Assembly (NCBI GenBank): GCA_965153285.1
Contig: OZ229111.1
Origin: Podarcis tiliguerta
Taxonomy: Eukaryota
Length of the DNA: 64,000 bases
Reading direction: 5' to 3' (one strand)
Shown piece after piece: positions 14,289-28,501 of this stretch (positions within the stretch are counted from its first letter, which is position 1; the number at the start of each line of letters is the position of its first letter). The position numbers were made by a program, and so were the translations under genes. The notes under the pieces are model-generated. The model searched no databases and had not been told where the DNA came from. It worked only from the letters and a program-made list of their open reading frames with translations.

Positions 14289-14768
14289 GAGGGCCTTCTC
14301 GGTAGTGGCGCCTGCCCTGTGGAACGCCCTCCCAGCAGATGTCAAAGCAATAAACAACTATTTTACTTTTAAAAGACAACTGAAGGCAGCCCTCTTTAGG
14401 GAAGTTTTTAATGTCTGATGCTGTACTGTTTTTAATACAGTGGTACCTCGCAAGACAAATGCCCCGGAAGACGAAAAACTCGCAAGACGAAAGAGTTTTT
14501 CGTTTTCTGAGTTGGTTCGCAAGACGGATTTCCCTCTGAGCTTGCTTTGCAAGACGAAAACGTCTTGCGCCTTTTTTTTAAAAACCGCCAATGCATTCCT
14601 ATGGGAAACCGTCAATACACATTGGTGCTTCGCAAGACGAAAAAATTCACAAGACGAAAAAACTCGCAGAACGAATTAATTTCATCTTGCGAGGCACCAC
14701 TGTATTCAGTTGGAAGCCGCGCAGAGTGGCTGGGGAAACCCAGCCAGATGGGCGGGGTATAAATAATA

Positions 14769-14804
<36 letters not shown>
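14289..14804 (+). mobile_element. L2-clade LINE 3' fragment (second subfamily) with (TAA)n tail, interrupted by a MITE
   Basis: gagggccttctcggtagtggcg...cagccagatgggcggggtataaa(taa)n. Colinear with copies at 44424 and 53994. Confidence 0.85.
14438..14702. mobile_element. Tc1/mariner (Tigger/pogo-like) MITE, 265 bp
   Basis: TIRs cagtggtacctcgcaaga / tcttgcgaggcaccactg, TA on both sides, internal caagacgaa repeats. Confidence 0.9.
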
Positions 14805-16478
14805 TATCCTTCCACATCTCCTGCTTCTGTGCTGTGAAAGTATGTCCAAAAACACCCTGGTGCAAAGTGAAACCACAACCTATAACAATCATTGCCTGCT
14901 GAGGAAGTGGAGGCAAGCTTGAAACTTTATGTGCATCCTGTGTTTAGAAGTGTCATGTTTTGCTGAGACTGGTAACACTGCTATCAGGGCAACTGCGTTT
15001 AGTCCTATCTGGCAGACTAAGGACTTGGAGGTTCGGATATGCCCGTATCTTATGGGGCACTAAGACACAACGCAGCAGGAGAACAATTCCTAATAAACCA
15101 AGCTTGCCTGTGATTTATAGATCTGCCTCTGACCAGAAAGAATCAGGCTGTGTCAGGCTTGCACACTTTATCCCAAGCCTCACTATGAAAATATAGAAAG
15201 AAAGAGACAAACTCATCCCTGTTTACTTTTCAGAAAACGACGTCAGTCTCTGAGGAGTCACATCATTCGTTCATGTCAAGCTTGTTGTCTATTATCAGCT
15301 CATTATTTCTTTGGCTTTTAGCATTATTTAGTCCCCTCCACTCTTTCCAGTCATATTAATGGGAGGGAGAAGCACCCGCAGGCTTTGAATGTTTGAGCTG
15401 TCTTGACTACACTGCTGGGAGACCCTGATAAATGCAACATTTCCTAATTGACACCAGTGTTTAGGTGTCTGTGCAAAGCCTGCTACCCTGAGTTGCCTTT
15501 TGCTTCCATCCATCTAATCCAGCAGCAAGTGCTGGCTGATGAACAGAGGTTATGCACGGCTCCTTATCCAGTCACTGAGGAACAGAAGCCATGGAGATGT
15601 GCAAGCTCAGCACTTTCAAGGGGCAGGGGAGTGAGTATGTCAGGGTTTGCTATTGCCTCTTGTACTGTGCAGAAAGCTGGCTGGAAGACAGAAGCAGGGG
15701 GCTGTTTTCCTCATTTCTTTTATCTTTCTACACTGTTCCAAATATAGGACAGATTCAGCAAAATGTTATTGCTCATGCATCACAGGTGACCTAAGGAAAG
15801 GAAAAGACTATTATGTTATGCAGTAGCTCTAGTACTTGGTCAATGAAAACGCACACCAGTCCAAGTCACAAGTGCAAACAGCAATTCCAGAGGTCTGGGG
15901 TGGGGTGAGGAGCTGCACATGGTTTGATGACAGCTGTGTTCTCTTAAGCAGGACCTGATCAATTATTGGATGGAACACACTAGAATCCCATGGATAATGC
16001 TTCAAGTTCCTTGGAGGGGGGAGGCCAAGATACATTTATGACAAAATACAGACAATCCTCATTTTGCATGGGTGTTCCGTTCTGGACCCCTTCACATGTC
16101 AGCGGAGCATGCATAAGCCCACCCAGTTCGACCTCTTTCCATGAAGGCTTTATGACATTCTGGGGCTACTTCTGGGTTCAGTACCATGCACACGTGCGCA
16201 GTCGCACATCGTTTGGATGTGCCAGATCAGTCGTTGCTTGTAATCAAAGATGACCACTTTCCATGTAGCTTTTCTGCAACACAGATATGCTCTCACACAT
16301 CAATTCCATGTCTAAATTCTCTTTTGGGGTGGGCACAAATGTTAAGAATGATCAAACATGAGAAATATGCAAGCACAGCCAGGCGATTTCTGAAACCTCA
16401 GCATATCTGTGTCTTCATTCCAGGTAGAAACACCATTAAAATATAATATCATCGTTCTCAATAATATTATGTTTTAAG

Positions 16479-16550
16479 CAGGGGGGGGTTTCTGGGGGTA
16501 CTCAAGGGTACGCATTACTGGCACCTTTTTCCCCTAAAAGAAAAGCACTG
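16479..16550. mobile_element. Short degraded hAT-like MITE
   Basis: cagggggggg...gggtactcaagggtacgcattactggcacc...aaaagcactg. CAG/CTG termini, family recognised from memory. Confidence 0.45.
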
Positions 16551-19500
16551 GTTAAGACTACTTTAGAAAAAAGTGCCCTGTTAGTTCAACCTAACACAAA
16601 AAGCAACACTAAGCTGGAGGGTCAGAAGATCACAGTAAGACATTAGCAATAGAAACCTCTGTCCTGAGTTGGCACACACAGCTGCCTCCGGCCAGTCGGC
16701 CAGCCTGGAGACTCTGGGCAGACTTCACAGGAGAGGAAGAGCCTCCAATCCTGTTTGTAAAAGGGTCTCATTGAGCTCACTTGCGGAAGGGCACTTGGCT
16801 GCTGTCAAACCCTCTCCCCCCACCCCACTCCCACCAGCCCTAAACCTGTCCTTTCTCTCTGAGGCCAATGGTTAATGATAGATTTGTAATTGTTTCCTGC
16901 AACAATGGAACATCCTGTTTGGAACTGGCCGGCTCCACAAAGCCAGATGCTGACAAAAGAGCACACAAGCTCCCAGCCAGTGGATGCAGGAAAGGATATT
17001 TGCCTTCCCCCACATACGGCTCATACTGCGGCCAGACCAAGCTCCTCTCTCTCTCTCTCCTGTCTCCCACTCCCCAACTTAACACAACAGAGCTACCAGC
17101 CTCTACCTTTATTAAAAGGGCTTGCACTTAAAGGGCTCCCAGGGGGTTTGGGGAGTAGCTGAGAAGTATTTGATGGATTCGCTTTGGCAACACTTGGCTA
17201 CCTTGTCATGCCATTAACGTTATTGCTATTGAATGGAGGAAATGAGTAAGAGATACAGAGCCGAACAGGCAAACGCATGGGGCCTGAAGATACAGGACAC
17301 CCTCGGAGGGAGCTACCTGCGTTCAGAAATAAGAAAACAGGGGTGCCTAGAGGGACTGCAGAGAGAATGGGAGAGCGAGGGGAGGAGAGAAACCCGATAA
17401 AAAGAGACAGAAAGAAGCCCAGGAATGAGAACAAAAGGCCCTTGTGCAGCACAAGACAGCTGGCTTAGCAATCTCCTTGTTTGGTGGGTCCAGCTCTCCT
17501 TTGCTGGCTACAGCGACTAAACCCTGGGGCTCTAGTGGGAGGCTCTCTCCACATGACAAGCATATGACATTCCAGACTGAGAGCAGGGCAGGTCAGCCCA
17601 GCACCCTGAAGCCAAACGCTCAGCACGGAAGCAGGGATGGGGCCAGCTGTTAACTGGTTCTAAATGCATCTGAGGAAGCAGGACCATAGTTCACAAATGC
17701 TTACACCGCAACAAATTTATTAGTCTTTATAAGGTTGCTTTTGCTCCTAAAGCAGTTCCCTAGGATGCAAAAAGAGGAAAGACTCCTATTCCCCAAAATG
17801 CAACTCCCAAGTGAGAGGGTAGGAACAGAACAGGCAGGTGGGTAAAAGGCATCAAGTTCACACAGAGTCTGCTAAAAGGGAGGGTGAGCTCCCCTCTCCA
17901 CACTGTGAGGCCAAGGAAAGGAGGCTCAATGTTTATTAAGTAGTTATCCAAAGGCATTACTTAGGAAAATGTTGCAAGAGGAGCAACTCAGCTAGCATTT
18001 GCAAGGGGAAGCCATGGCTGAGATCCAACTCTGCCGCTGTACTGGTTTGTCTCTCAAAATTTCAAGGAAAATGCACTTCTAGTGCATTCTGAGAATATTA
18101 AGTTGTTTTTAGTACATTTTAAGTCTAGGAATCTGTGTGTGGCTGCAATCATAGTACAATTAATAGAATTTGTTTTTCTTACATAGAATCTATCAGGATT
18201 GCTTCACAATCCTGATTATTTCTGCCTCCGTTTAGAAGAAGAGGGGGAGCACCCAGCCCTTACGATTGTGAATTAAAAAAAATAAAAATCTGAACACATT
18301 ATGGCAGTTTCTTGTCATTCCGTCAGAAATTACAAGCAGGGTTTATAATGGAAAGGGAGTGCATCTTCATGAAGGTGATGGATGGATGGTGAAAGATTGT
18401 GAGAGGCAGGGAAGGGGAGATCTCCCACGGTGGGAGGCTGGGAGAAGAAAGAGAAGCTCCCAGGTGAGAGCTGGGAGGGTCAACCCACTTCTGGGTGAAA
18501 CAAGGTTGAAGATCTACCTTTGAAAGAGGGCTTTGGATTTCCCCCCTCCCTTTCTCTTTTCCTTTTCCCATTTTATTTTTATTTAGATAAGTTTGCTTTT
18601 TATTGTATTTTATTTATTTTTTATTGTATTTTATTTATTTACTTTTTATATATTTTATTGTATTGTATGATGTGCAGTTTGAATTAAAAATATGGCAAAA
18701 ATTGAAAGGGAGTGCAACTTAATCCCACAAAACACTTTAGGGCTGCCCATGTGGTGCCTGTGGATGTGGTGGTGGCTTTGAGGACTTCCCCTTGTACCCA
18801 CAAAGCCTCTGAGCTCCTCCACTCCACACACACACACATACACACTGCCCTCTTGGTCATGAGGTGCTGAGGGTGGTTTCCTTTTCCTCCCTTGAAAAGT
18901 ACAGAGAATTGAAAGAGGAAGTTGAGAGGACTGGTATTCTATCCCACTTCCCCTTGGGTACTGTGTGCTTTTCAAGATTCAGATATATTCAATGGGGGGG
19001 GGAGTGTGTTCATGCCATGCACTTTCTCGGTTTCTGTATCTTGGAGGGGGGCTGATCTGGAGGATGGGGGAGAACACTGACCAGAGGGGGTGGCACCCAC
19101 AGTACCCGCTCAAAAATCCAAATGTGCCCGCAGGCCTCAAAAAGGTTGGCAACCCAGGGAAAACTATGTAATACTACCTCTGCCACTGTGCAATCTGCTG
19201 CCTCCACTCTTTCCCACTATTTTTCCTCGCAGCACATTCACAATTTCACAAATAATACTGCACAAATATATTTCTACGGCTTCGTTCACTCTCAGTGCAG
19301 AACGTCCATTTATTGATTGCAGAACCTGGTTTCTTTCTTTTAAAACTATCTACACTTTAAAAAGAAGTACCAAGACATACGCACGCACAGCTGCATCACA
19401 GACACACCAGTCAATCCTGTCAACAGGGCTACAGGCAGTAAATGGGATTACAGACAAGAGCAAAGAGCTTGGAGTGTCACGAGCTCACTGTGACTGATTG

Positions 19501-20657
19501 AGAGACATCACAGGGGTTGGGAAGGGCAGGCTGCAAGGGTGGGAGTGACAGGAAGCCAAGGTCGAAAAGCCTTTGGAAAGCTGTGAATTAAAAGAGAGGC
19601 TGAAGGGTTTAGAACAGCGTGACCTAAGAAGGAATAACAGACAGAACTGGTGCAAACTGTGTCCGGGGCTGCACTATCTGACAGTTGAGAAGGAAAAGTG
19701 ACGCAAGAGAGAAATGGCCATTTTCCTGCTGGTGGACTGTGCCTTATAATGTTGTTGACAAACCCGGCACCTTTTTATGAAAATGGTTTAACAGCCATGC
19801 TGTGCCTCACAAGGCACAGCAAAGCACAGTCACATGAGAAGCAACGACCTTACAAGACCAACATGATCTCACACGCTTAGTCAAAGCAGAGAAATTTGCA
19901 GCCAGAAGCTCTTTAAGCTGCCTCGCCTCTAAGCGCTGAGGTACGAAAGCCCGAGCACCATTGCCAGGGCAGGCTGGATAACACAAGCAGGAAGCCGCAA
20001 GCCACAGTTGTTGCCGCTTCTTCCCAGAATTATCCCAGAGCTTCTGGCCCCAGTTTCTGCCAGGTGTCAACCAGATAGAAAGTACAGGAGATGCATTCTC
20101 AAGTTTAATTGATAGGAATTCTTCCTAAACTCTGCATTTGAATGCGTCTGAAACTGAGAAAGAACACTAAGGTAACACCTTGCACTCAAAATCTTGCAAT
20201 TCTTCAGACCAGCCAGATTCTTTGGGGAAACTGTTTCTTTCAGGGAACTGTAACGTCCTGGGCTGTACAATACGCTGGTTGTTGAAGAGATCTATCCCAG
20301 CTTCTCTCACTTTCAAAGTCCACTGTTTCATTGCTCCTGGGATGTGTTTAAATGATCATTGAGGCCTCGTCTACACATGACAAATCGCCTCCCTAGGATT
20401 TCCTTGAGAATACCAAGGTTATCTTGAGGTAACAAATTACTCCCATTCATTTTGATGTGATTTTGGTTTTTTTCTCTTTAAAGTGCACTGAACTGCAGTT
20501 GATTGTACCCCATCTTCCTCCCAAATCTAAGCGACATTTTATTATTCCATGGCTTAACTGTATACCATGGAACTTGGCATAGACAGCATTTATGAAAACA
20601 GTTACTCAGGCAAAATTAGTTCTCTTTTTAAAAAAGACCACCACCTTGTGAAAAACT

Positions 20658-20951
20658 GGTGATATGTTTTAGAGTAGACCCATTGAAATTAATGGACCTA
20701 ACTTAGTCATGTTCATTAATTTAGAGGATCAAACTAGAACCTGGGAGAACAGGGTTCAAATCCGCACTCGGCCATGAAGTCCATTGTGTGACCTTGGACC
20801 AATCACTGCTTCTTAGCCTAATTTACCTCACAAGATCACTGTGGGGATTAAATGAGGAGGGAGAGAACCTTGTATGCCACCATAAGAAAATAGTAGGCTA
20901 TAAATACATAAAGAAATGGGCCTACTCTGAGTAAAACAGTTGAATATCACC
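20658..20951. mobile_element. Palindromic MITE-like repeat interrupted by a SINE
   Basis: Arms ggtgatat...agagtagacccatt and aatgggcctactct...atatcacc. Same family as 25499-25605 and 28502-28620. Confidence 0.7.
20723..20913 (+). mobile_element. tRNA-derived MIR/CORE-like SINE
   Basis: B-box gggttcaaatcc, core gtgaccttggaccaatcac...ctcacaagat...gattaaatgagg, A-rich end. Confidence 0.7.
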
Positions 20952-23900
20952 CAGAGTAGCAATGTAAAGCACGGTACTCTGTAGACCCTGGTTAAAACTA
21001 GGCCTCAGGTCATCATAGACATGGGGAGACAAGGCTATTAATTCTTAAACTCTAGCTCACCAGTAGAAGTGATGAACAGAGCATAGCCAGGGCAGGATAA
21101 CCTACTTAACACAGAGAGGTTGTTTATTTTATTGTTGTTATTCCTATTAAAGAAGATGAGCCAACAAAAACAGAAATGAGGCCAGATCAGCTGCAGCTTC
21201 CATGGGAGAGAATAAACAAGCTGAAGAGTGCGTGAACTCTAGTGGAGGGGTGCAGATTCTGGAGACCTCCCTAATGCCTTAGCACCAGGAGCCATCTGGT
21301 TTGAGAAACAAACTGGGTTAGGGGAATTATATTGGAGACTGGACAGACAAAAGCAGACAAGAAAACATTCTCCCAAATTCCAGGGTCAATGTCTCTTCCT
21401 GACACCAGGAAGAAAAGATGCATGTATCCTGCCAAAATCAGAACTGATTCAGCCTTGGAATCCATTTTAAACACTTTAATTTAGCTTTATTTATTCATTA
21501 CCAACAAAACAACAGAACAGTACAGAGCCAAGAGAAAGATATTTGAAATTCAGCAAGGAAGGGGAAAGGTGGCCTTTAATAGAAGGAAAAAAACAGAAAG
21601 ACAGTCAAACAACACAAAAACATATTGCATCTGAGCTAGAAACCAAACCCCTCCCTCCCACCCCCTAAAGAAAGGAAAATGAATCCTTGACTGGAAGTTT
21701 CTGTTAGAACAGAAACAGAATCAAAATAAATTCCAGTTCCTGGTTCAGAAACAAGATTTTAAAACCACAACTGAAGGTATTATCCTCATGGTCCAACAGC
21801 ACAGAGGGAAACCCCGAGCACATGAAACTGGCAGGATTTTTTTCTTTCTTATTTTATCCTATTGCATAAAACAAGAAACACAAATTCTTTTAACACACTA
21901 ACAGAACAATCTGTGCCCCATCCTCACTACACTGGGATGCATGTGAGTGTTGAATGGTGGAAGTGCCCCTCCACCCAGCTCTCCTAGCTCAGGTAGCTTT
22001 CCACCAACCAACAAACATGTGTGCAGGGCAGAGAGGCCTGCTGGTGAGATCCTTCAAATGTTCCAAAATAGGACATTCCAAGAGCAGGGAGGTAGTTGGA
22101 GCGAGTTAATCTGGGATCCACTGGATCCCAAGCCAGTCTCACTGTCATCACCTGACAGCATTGGGCCCGGTTGTCCTGCTCCACCCACCACTTTGAGCTG
22201 CAGCTAAGAGTACCAGGGCTGCAGATGTGAGCCGAGCCCTGCTCCCAGCAAAGCTCCACAAACAGGAAGGGGTAAGTTTAGAGTGCATCCTAAGAATGTA
22301 AACAGATGGGGGTGGGCTGTCTGTGCTTCAGCCATGATGTAGATTCTACCCAAACTTCGTAGCTGTTCAAGTTGTTGCCGAAATGTTTTCGTTCTACATG
22401 TCCTACTTCATCTCACTATTCCCACTATGCTTCTATCCTTAGTGACCCACGTTAGAGAGGCAGACTTTCACTTGAAAGTGTCCTCCACCTGTCCAAGTCC
22501 AGTTATAAGGTAAGAAAAGCTTAAGGAGGGTGAACGGGGCCTTGAAGAGCATCACAAATGTCAATGACTTCAACGATAAGGCAGGAAACCACCTATTCCC
22601 TTGGACGTATCAAAGCATTAAAGGGGAAGGAACACGGCCTAGATTACACTGTCTGTGGCGCAACCAAGAATAGAACCTGATCTCATGACTCTGAGCCCTC
22701 TGCTTCAACAAGTCCATTCTTTGTTTTCTCGGGGGGTGGGGGTGGGAACTATATAAAGCACCCAGTCTCTAAAGTAAGGAAGTAATCCTCATGAACTGAA
22801 AGAAATAACTAAAAGACTTATACTGGCAAAATCCCCTACATCTCATGTCTTCTTGTTGGAGGGTGTGTGTATAGCGTTTCTCACACAAAAACAAGCATAC
22901 CATTGTCTAGGGTTTATACCCAAGGCAGACTAACCAGGTGGCCATTTTCAAGCAATCCAGCTGGCCAACAGAGGAAGCAATAATGACCACACAAAAAGAA
23001 AGCCATGCAGATTTATTGGTTGGTTGAGACTGATGCAAAACAATGATCCAAGGAAAGGGTGGCAGGTAACACCAGTCAGATATTCCCAAACTTTCCAAGT
23101 TGCTAAAAATATACCCTCCGTTGGGAGTCTTATGTAGGGGAAGGGAAAGGGGCACAAAGATAAACTCAAGGAGAACGGAGGAGGAAAAGGAATGTGCAAA
23201 AGTAAGGGATCTCTTAACTATGGTTAAATACACACCAAGCCTTAGGTTTAGATTAGGATAGCGGGAAAATTCCAAGGACAGTTATTCTTTTCCCCCTAAG
23301 GCCAAATCTTTCAAAAGCATCTCGTGCTCTGTGGTGACCAACCAAAGAAAGCTCATGTTTCCAGAAAGTAACTGACTATATACATAAATAAAATAAAATA
23401 AAATGTCTTGTGTAAAAGTCATCTATGCTGACTGGCAATTTCTGCTTCAGTTGAGAGTTTTCATGGGAGATATGTCAATGAAGTTAATAAACTATTAGAC
23501 TGGAAATAATACAAAAGATTCTGTCACAGAGCAGGAGGTACCTTGACAAAAACAACTCTCAAGTTATTCCTCATAGACTTTGATGATGAACATCCTAATC
23601 TTTCAACGCAACAATCAGCATATTTTCAATTCCTCATAAACTGTTCAGATCAGTTTGTTGATAAAGTATAATGAAATAGTAAACCACTACATTCCAATCA
23701 TGAAATAAACATGAATCCTCTACTAAGACTAATATTTGGCCAACATCTCTGAGAAAGAAGTCCCTAAATATAATAACCCTAAACATATCCCCTACAGATC
23801 CCTCTGGAATTTACCTGCCTTATTTATGGCGTCCCCACTCTCTTATCTCTAAGGAGATTCCCTGCCAGGCCTAATCCTAATCTCATTGGCCCCAACCTTA

Positions 23901-25498
23901 TCTCATTTACAGAGAAACTCTCCTGGCTAGAACTGAGTCTGGCTCTAAAAGGCTCTCATTTCTTCTAATAGAGCCTAGATAACTTGTGTAAACAACCTTG
24001 AGAGAGACAAATAAAAACTCCAACAGAACTTGGTGTTCAGATAATCCCCTTCCAAGAGGTTCACAGTGTTTAATCTCTCCTCTTCCCCCATCACTCCAAC
24101 CAGGGTGACAGAAAATCTGTAAATGCCCAAGTGCCTGAGGCAATAGGCTCAAAAGGTCTCATTTCTCCCTCATCAATATTTAAGGGACTTCTGTCTTTCT
24201 TGGGACCATTGTAGGTTTAATAACAGATGGTGGCTGTCTGAATAAGCAGGTTGCTCTTTTCAAAAACAGGGAGGAACCAAGAACTGGGACAATACACAAG
24301 GCCATACAGCAAGCTACAGAGAACTCCTATCTCAAGCTATGCTCTAAGTGTTCATAATTAGTACTTATTTCTTCCCTTGCAATGCCAATCTAATCTAACC
24401 TGAACACAGCATTGGTGGATATCTAGAGTGATCCAATTAAATAATTATAATCAAATAATTGCGAAGAAGAGATTTTGGCAAAACCAAGGGGGTAGAAAAG
24501 CTGCACTATCTTCCACAGGAAATCACAAAGAACAACAAAGAGTTGGTGTGGAGAAAAACAGCAATACAGTATGTAATTCTCTGTTTGAATTGTGGTCTGT
24601 TTGACCACAAGTCAAACAACGCAGGCAAGGGAGTACAAAGAGGATGTGGCTTCTATGTGGCAATCCTAGCATATGAAAAAGTCATCTTCACATTTAGTCA
24701 CCTTTGCAAATCCAAAGATCATTGCATTTGTGCACAACAATCCCATGACAACAGAAATGTAATGACTGGGACTGGGGGAAGGCCAGCAGGGCATCTCTTC
24801 TATAACACTACAGAGGTGATAGAATTCCAAAATAACAAAATATCTAGTGATTAAAAAGTTATCAGTTCCTGCTATGGTTACTTACTGCAGTTTTGTTTAG
24901 GTGTGTATAGCAGTAAATTAATGAGAAACCCACCGATCAGGGAGAGGAACTATAACTTCCTACAGTGCAGCTGCCCCATTGAATTTCCATTTTAGCCATG
25001 TAACAAATGCACATTTATTTGTTTGTTTTTAGCTAAGTTGCACCCACCCATCCCTTCCTCTTTTACCTCTGACTGAACATGAGTTCTCCCCTTGACTCTC
25101 AGTCAGGAAAGCAACAGAGATCAGAAAGGCAGTAGTGCTTTCCTGGGCAGCCAGTGTTGATATTCTCCCTCTTTTGACAGCAAGAGAACATAAGCACAAA
25201 TGCAGCAGCCACAGCTCCCAGCTATATTCCCCCAGGAACAGTGGCTGCTGTGGCTTTGTTCACTCTCACTTTCTGGGAGAGAGGGGGATGAGGACTCCCA
25301 TACCATAATAATGGGCACCTAAAGGCAGTTTCTACTTGCCATAGGCATCCATGAACACCTAATTACAAGGCTGAAGTGGAGCATTGCAATTCCACTTCTC
25401 AATCTCTCTCTCCCTTTGTGCCAGAAGCCTGTTTTCTGCATTTGGGTAAGCTAGAACTTCTATACTCACAGACTGACAGACAGACATTTGCTCAGAGG

Positions 25499-25605
25499 AG
25501 TTAAGTCAACTCAGAGCACACCCACTGAAATGACCAGACATGGCTAACATGGAGTCATTAATTTTAATGGGTCTACTCTGAGTAGAACTTAGTTGGCTAC
25601 AATCC
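25499..25605. mobile_element. Palindromic MITE-like repeat
   Basis: actcagagcacacccactgaaat ... attttaatgggtctactctgagt inverted arms. Confidence 0.65.
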
Positions 25606-25630
25606 AGGGGTTTTTTTTTAGTGTGTAGAT

Positions 25631-25712
25631 CAGGGGTCAGCAACCTTCTTCAGCTGTGGGCCAGTCCACCGTCCCTCAGACTATGTGAGGGGCTGGACTA
25701 TATTTGGGGGGC
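25631..25712. mobile_element. hAT-like element end fragment
   Basis: Starts caggggtcagcaacctt, a typical hAT terminus. The other end was not found. Confidence 0.5.
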
Positions 25713-27587
25713 TGCCCACTGTTAGCCTGTGTTCTGACCAGCAGGGCTGTTCATATGACCCCACAAAGGTTTAGGTGAGAAATCGTGTCTACCAGTAGTT
25801 TCTTTAAGGTAAAGAAGATGCACAGATATTTTTTATTAAAGTGCCTTGAGAGCATAACACTCATACTAATGCCAAGCTCAGGCACAGTGTGCTGATCCCT
25901 TAGCAGCCAAATTGAGGGAGCTCCTGGCATACTTAGGGGAATCTTGGACATTTGCAGAAGCACATAAAATGTACCAATAGCAGAGAGGACCCAAAGGAGG
26001 GAGGCAGGAACAAAGAAGAACAAAAGTGTGTGCAGCCTAGCAATGCTGTTACCTGAACCACAGTAGGAGCTCATGACACACTGCTAGGCCCCTCCGTCCA
26101 CCTCGGTGGGATCAGTACAGGAGGGCAGAGATACACACTCACAACTCCACATTCCTGCATCTTTCGAAGTTCTAAATTAAGAAATCCTACTTCTTAAGGA
26201 CCTCAGGGAGAAGGTCAGTGCATAAAGATTAGATTCTTTTATTTGCTTGCCTAAGTTTCCAGTCTGTCGGTGTCATGATGTTTTAAGTATCACTTGTCTT
26301 AAAAAATGTGTATGATTACACCAGCTTTAAAGAAATTGAGGTGTTGACGAGTGTAATGTATGACCTGTTAGTTTCAGTTGCAGCTAGAAATATATGTACA
26401 GAAGAACTTCTGAAGTCTCGCTTTCTCAAGAGCTCCAGGATGGAGGAGGAGGAGGACAAAAGAAAAACTATGCTCCAGATTAGCATCGCTGCCCCTGCCC
26501 CTCTTCTCCCAAATGCCAAGATATGAAATTGCCATCCAGTTGCGAGAACCAATGAGACAATCCCCTTCTCAGTGCAGAGCTAGGAAGAGACACAAGGGAA
26601 ATGGGGAGGGAAGGAAAGGGGGGAGGGGTGACAGAAGAGACAGGATGAGGAAGGGCAGGTCAAGGGTGAGGCTACAGCTGCAACAGGTGTCGGCTGGCAG
26701 ACCATCCTCAGAGAGGCAACTGTCTGAGGCATGTCTATCAAGGCACAGCAAACAGGGCCAAGCCTGCACTGTTGCTCCCTGGGACAAAGGGGCTCTGTGC
26801 GTTTGCATCTGGCATCCTGAACAAATGCAAGAGGGCAGGATAGCATGGAGAGAAGAGGCTGCTCTCCATGGAGAAGAGGGGCCCTGGTCATTCTACAAGG
26901 ACATGAGCTCACAATCTTCTTTTAAGGCCATCTTCTGGAGAAGGCTTGCCTATCTTCCCCTTTGACCTCCGATATTGCACAAACTTAGGCAGGAAGCAGC
27001 ACTGCCCATATCCAGCAACACAGGCACTGGGGTTTCTCAGACTACAGATGTAGGCACCCATGAATTTGCAAACACAACAGCTCTCCATGCACATCTGTCT
27101 TTTCCTGAGACAAACGAACCAAGGCATGGCTGAGTTGTTGAAAGGTCTCATTCAGTGGAAAGGTATGGCTACTTCTCAGTGGAGGGAAAGGAATTTAATC
27201 CACTGTATTATGACATCACATGTCCAGAACAAATATTTTAAATACCGTGACCTGGGGCTGAGCTTTGGTGAGTTCTAACTTAAGATAAGCCATATCTTTT
27301 TAAGCATTTCCAGCATTTCTTAATATGATTATCCTTCCAAGCTCATTAGGTCATTTTCCTTGAGACACAATGAACACAATGCATAAGCCACAATTTATGC
27401 AACAAAGTACACCTAAGTCCCAGAGAGGGGACCCTGAATGCAGGACAGAGGCTCAACTCAATACCTTTGAGATTTCTTCCAGTCTTATGATCACTGAATA
27501 CTGGTGGCCAAAGCACTTCTGCCAGTGCAAACTGCTCCAAGTGACAGAGAAATGAGAGCAGTTTCCCAGCTCACAGACCAAATAGAG

Positions 27588-27714
27588 CAGGGAGGTGAAA
27601 CCTGTGACCGTTGAGATGTTGCTGGAGTCAAATCCCCATCAGCATTAGCTAGCATGGCTAATGGTCAGAGATAATGGAGCTGTAGTACAAGACGACACAG
27701 GATTTCCATCCCTG
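27588..27714. mobile_element. Older copy related to the 136-bp hAT MITE family
   Basis: caggga...cccatcagcattagctagcatggctaatggtcagagataatggagctgtagt...tccctg. Confidence 0.6.
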
Positions 27715-28501
27715 AACCAGGAGAGCTATTCCATATTTATAACAGTCATGAAAGAGGATGCAGCCCAAGGTTCTTCAGCATAATTCCTATCCTCTCCACC
27801 CCAGCCTCCTAGCTCAAGCAACACTTTTGTTCTTCGTAATGACGTTTTCATGAGAGTGACTCCTGTGAGGTGGTGAATGCACCTTGAAGTAGAAAAACCC
27901 AGGCAGTGGCATCCAATTGTGGCTTCGTACATAGGATGCACACAACAGAAAATCCTGGGAAATGCAATTCACCCCACACAGCTACAATTCCCAGCACCCT
28001 TAACAAACTGCACTTCCCAAGATTATTGGGGAGCTCAATGTATGGTGTGCCTGCAGCCTTTGGCAGGTTCTAAATACACGTCTGAGGGGCAGCACACCCA
28101 TAGGCGACTGGCAAGGGAAAGTCTGAGCTAACTGTTGAGCACATTGAGGAAGCATGCCTTAAGCTAGCCACACCCCTTCCTGCAGCGCCCACATTCCTTC
28201 TCAAGGACTGCATCTGTTCTACCTCCTTTTACGAGAAACAGGAGATGGGAAGATTTTCCTTGCCACACAGTGCCAGGATCAGCCTTTTCACCAAAGTGCC
28301 AAAGGGAATTCTGGCACAAGCTTTGCTGCTTTTAAGCGAAAGGATTAACAACCCTGCCAGGAGACAGAAACTGCAGACAGCCACTGTGTGAGCTGCATGG
28401 AAGGCTATGCTACTGCCCCACATCTCCAGCTATTCACCCTGTAGAAAGTTCACCCATTATTTCACCCATCCGCTTCTGCTCTCTGTTTTTGAGAGTGAGG
28501 A

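Noticed and set aside
14438-14702. Regularly recurring CAAGACGAA units resembling a CRISPR-like array
   Set aside because: They are sub-terminal repeats of a eukaryotic MITE with irregular spacing.
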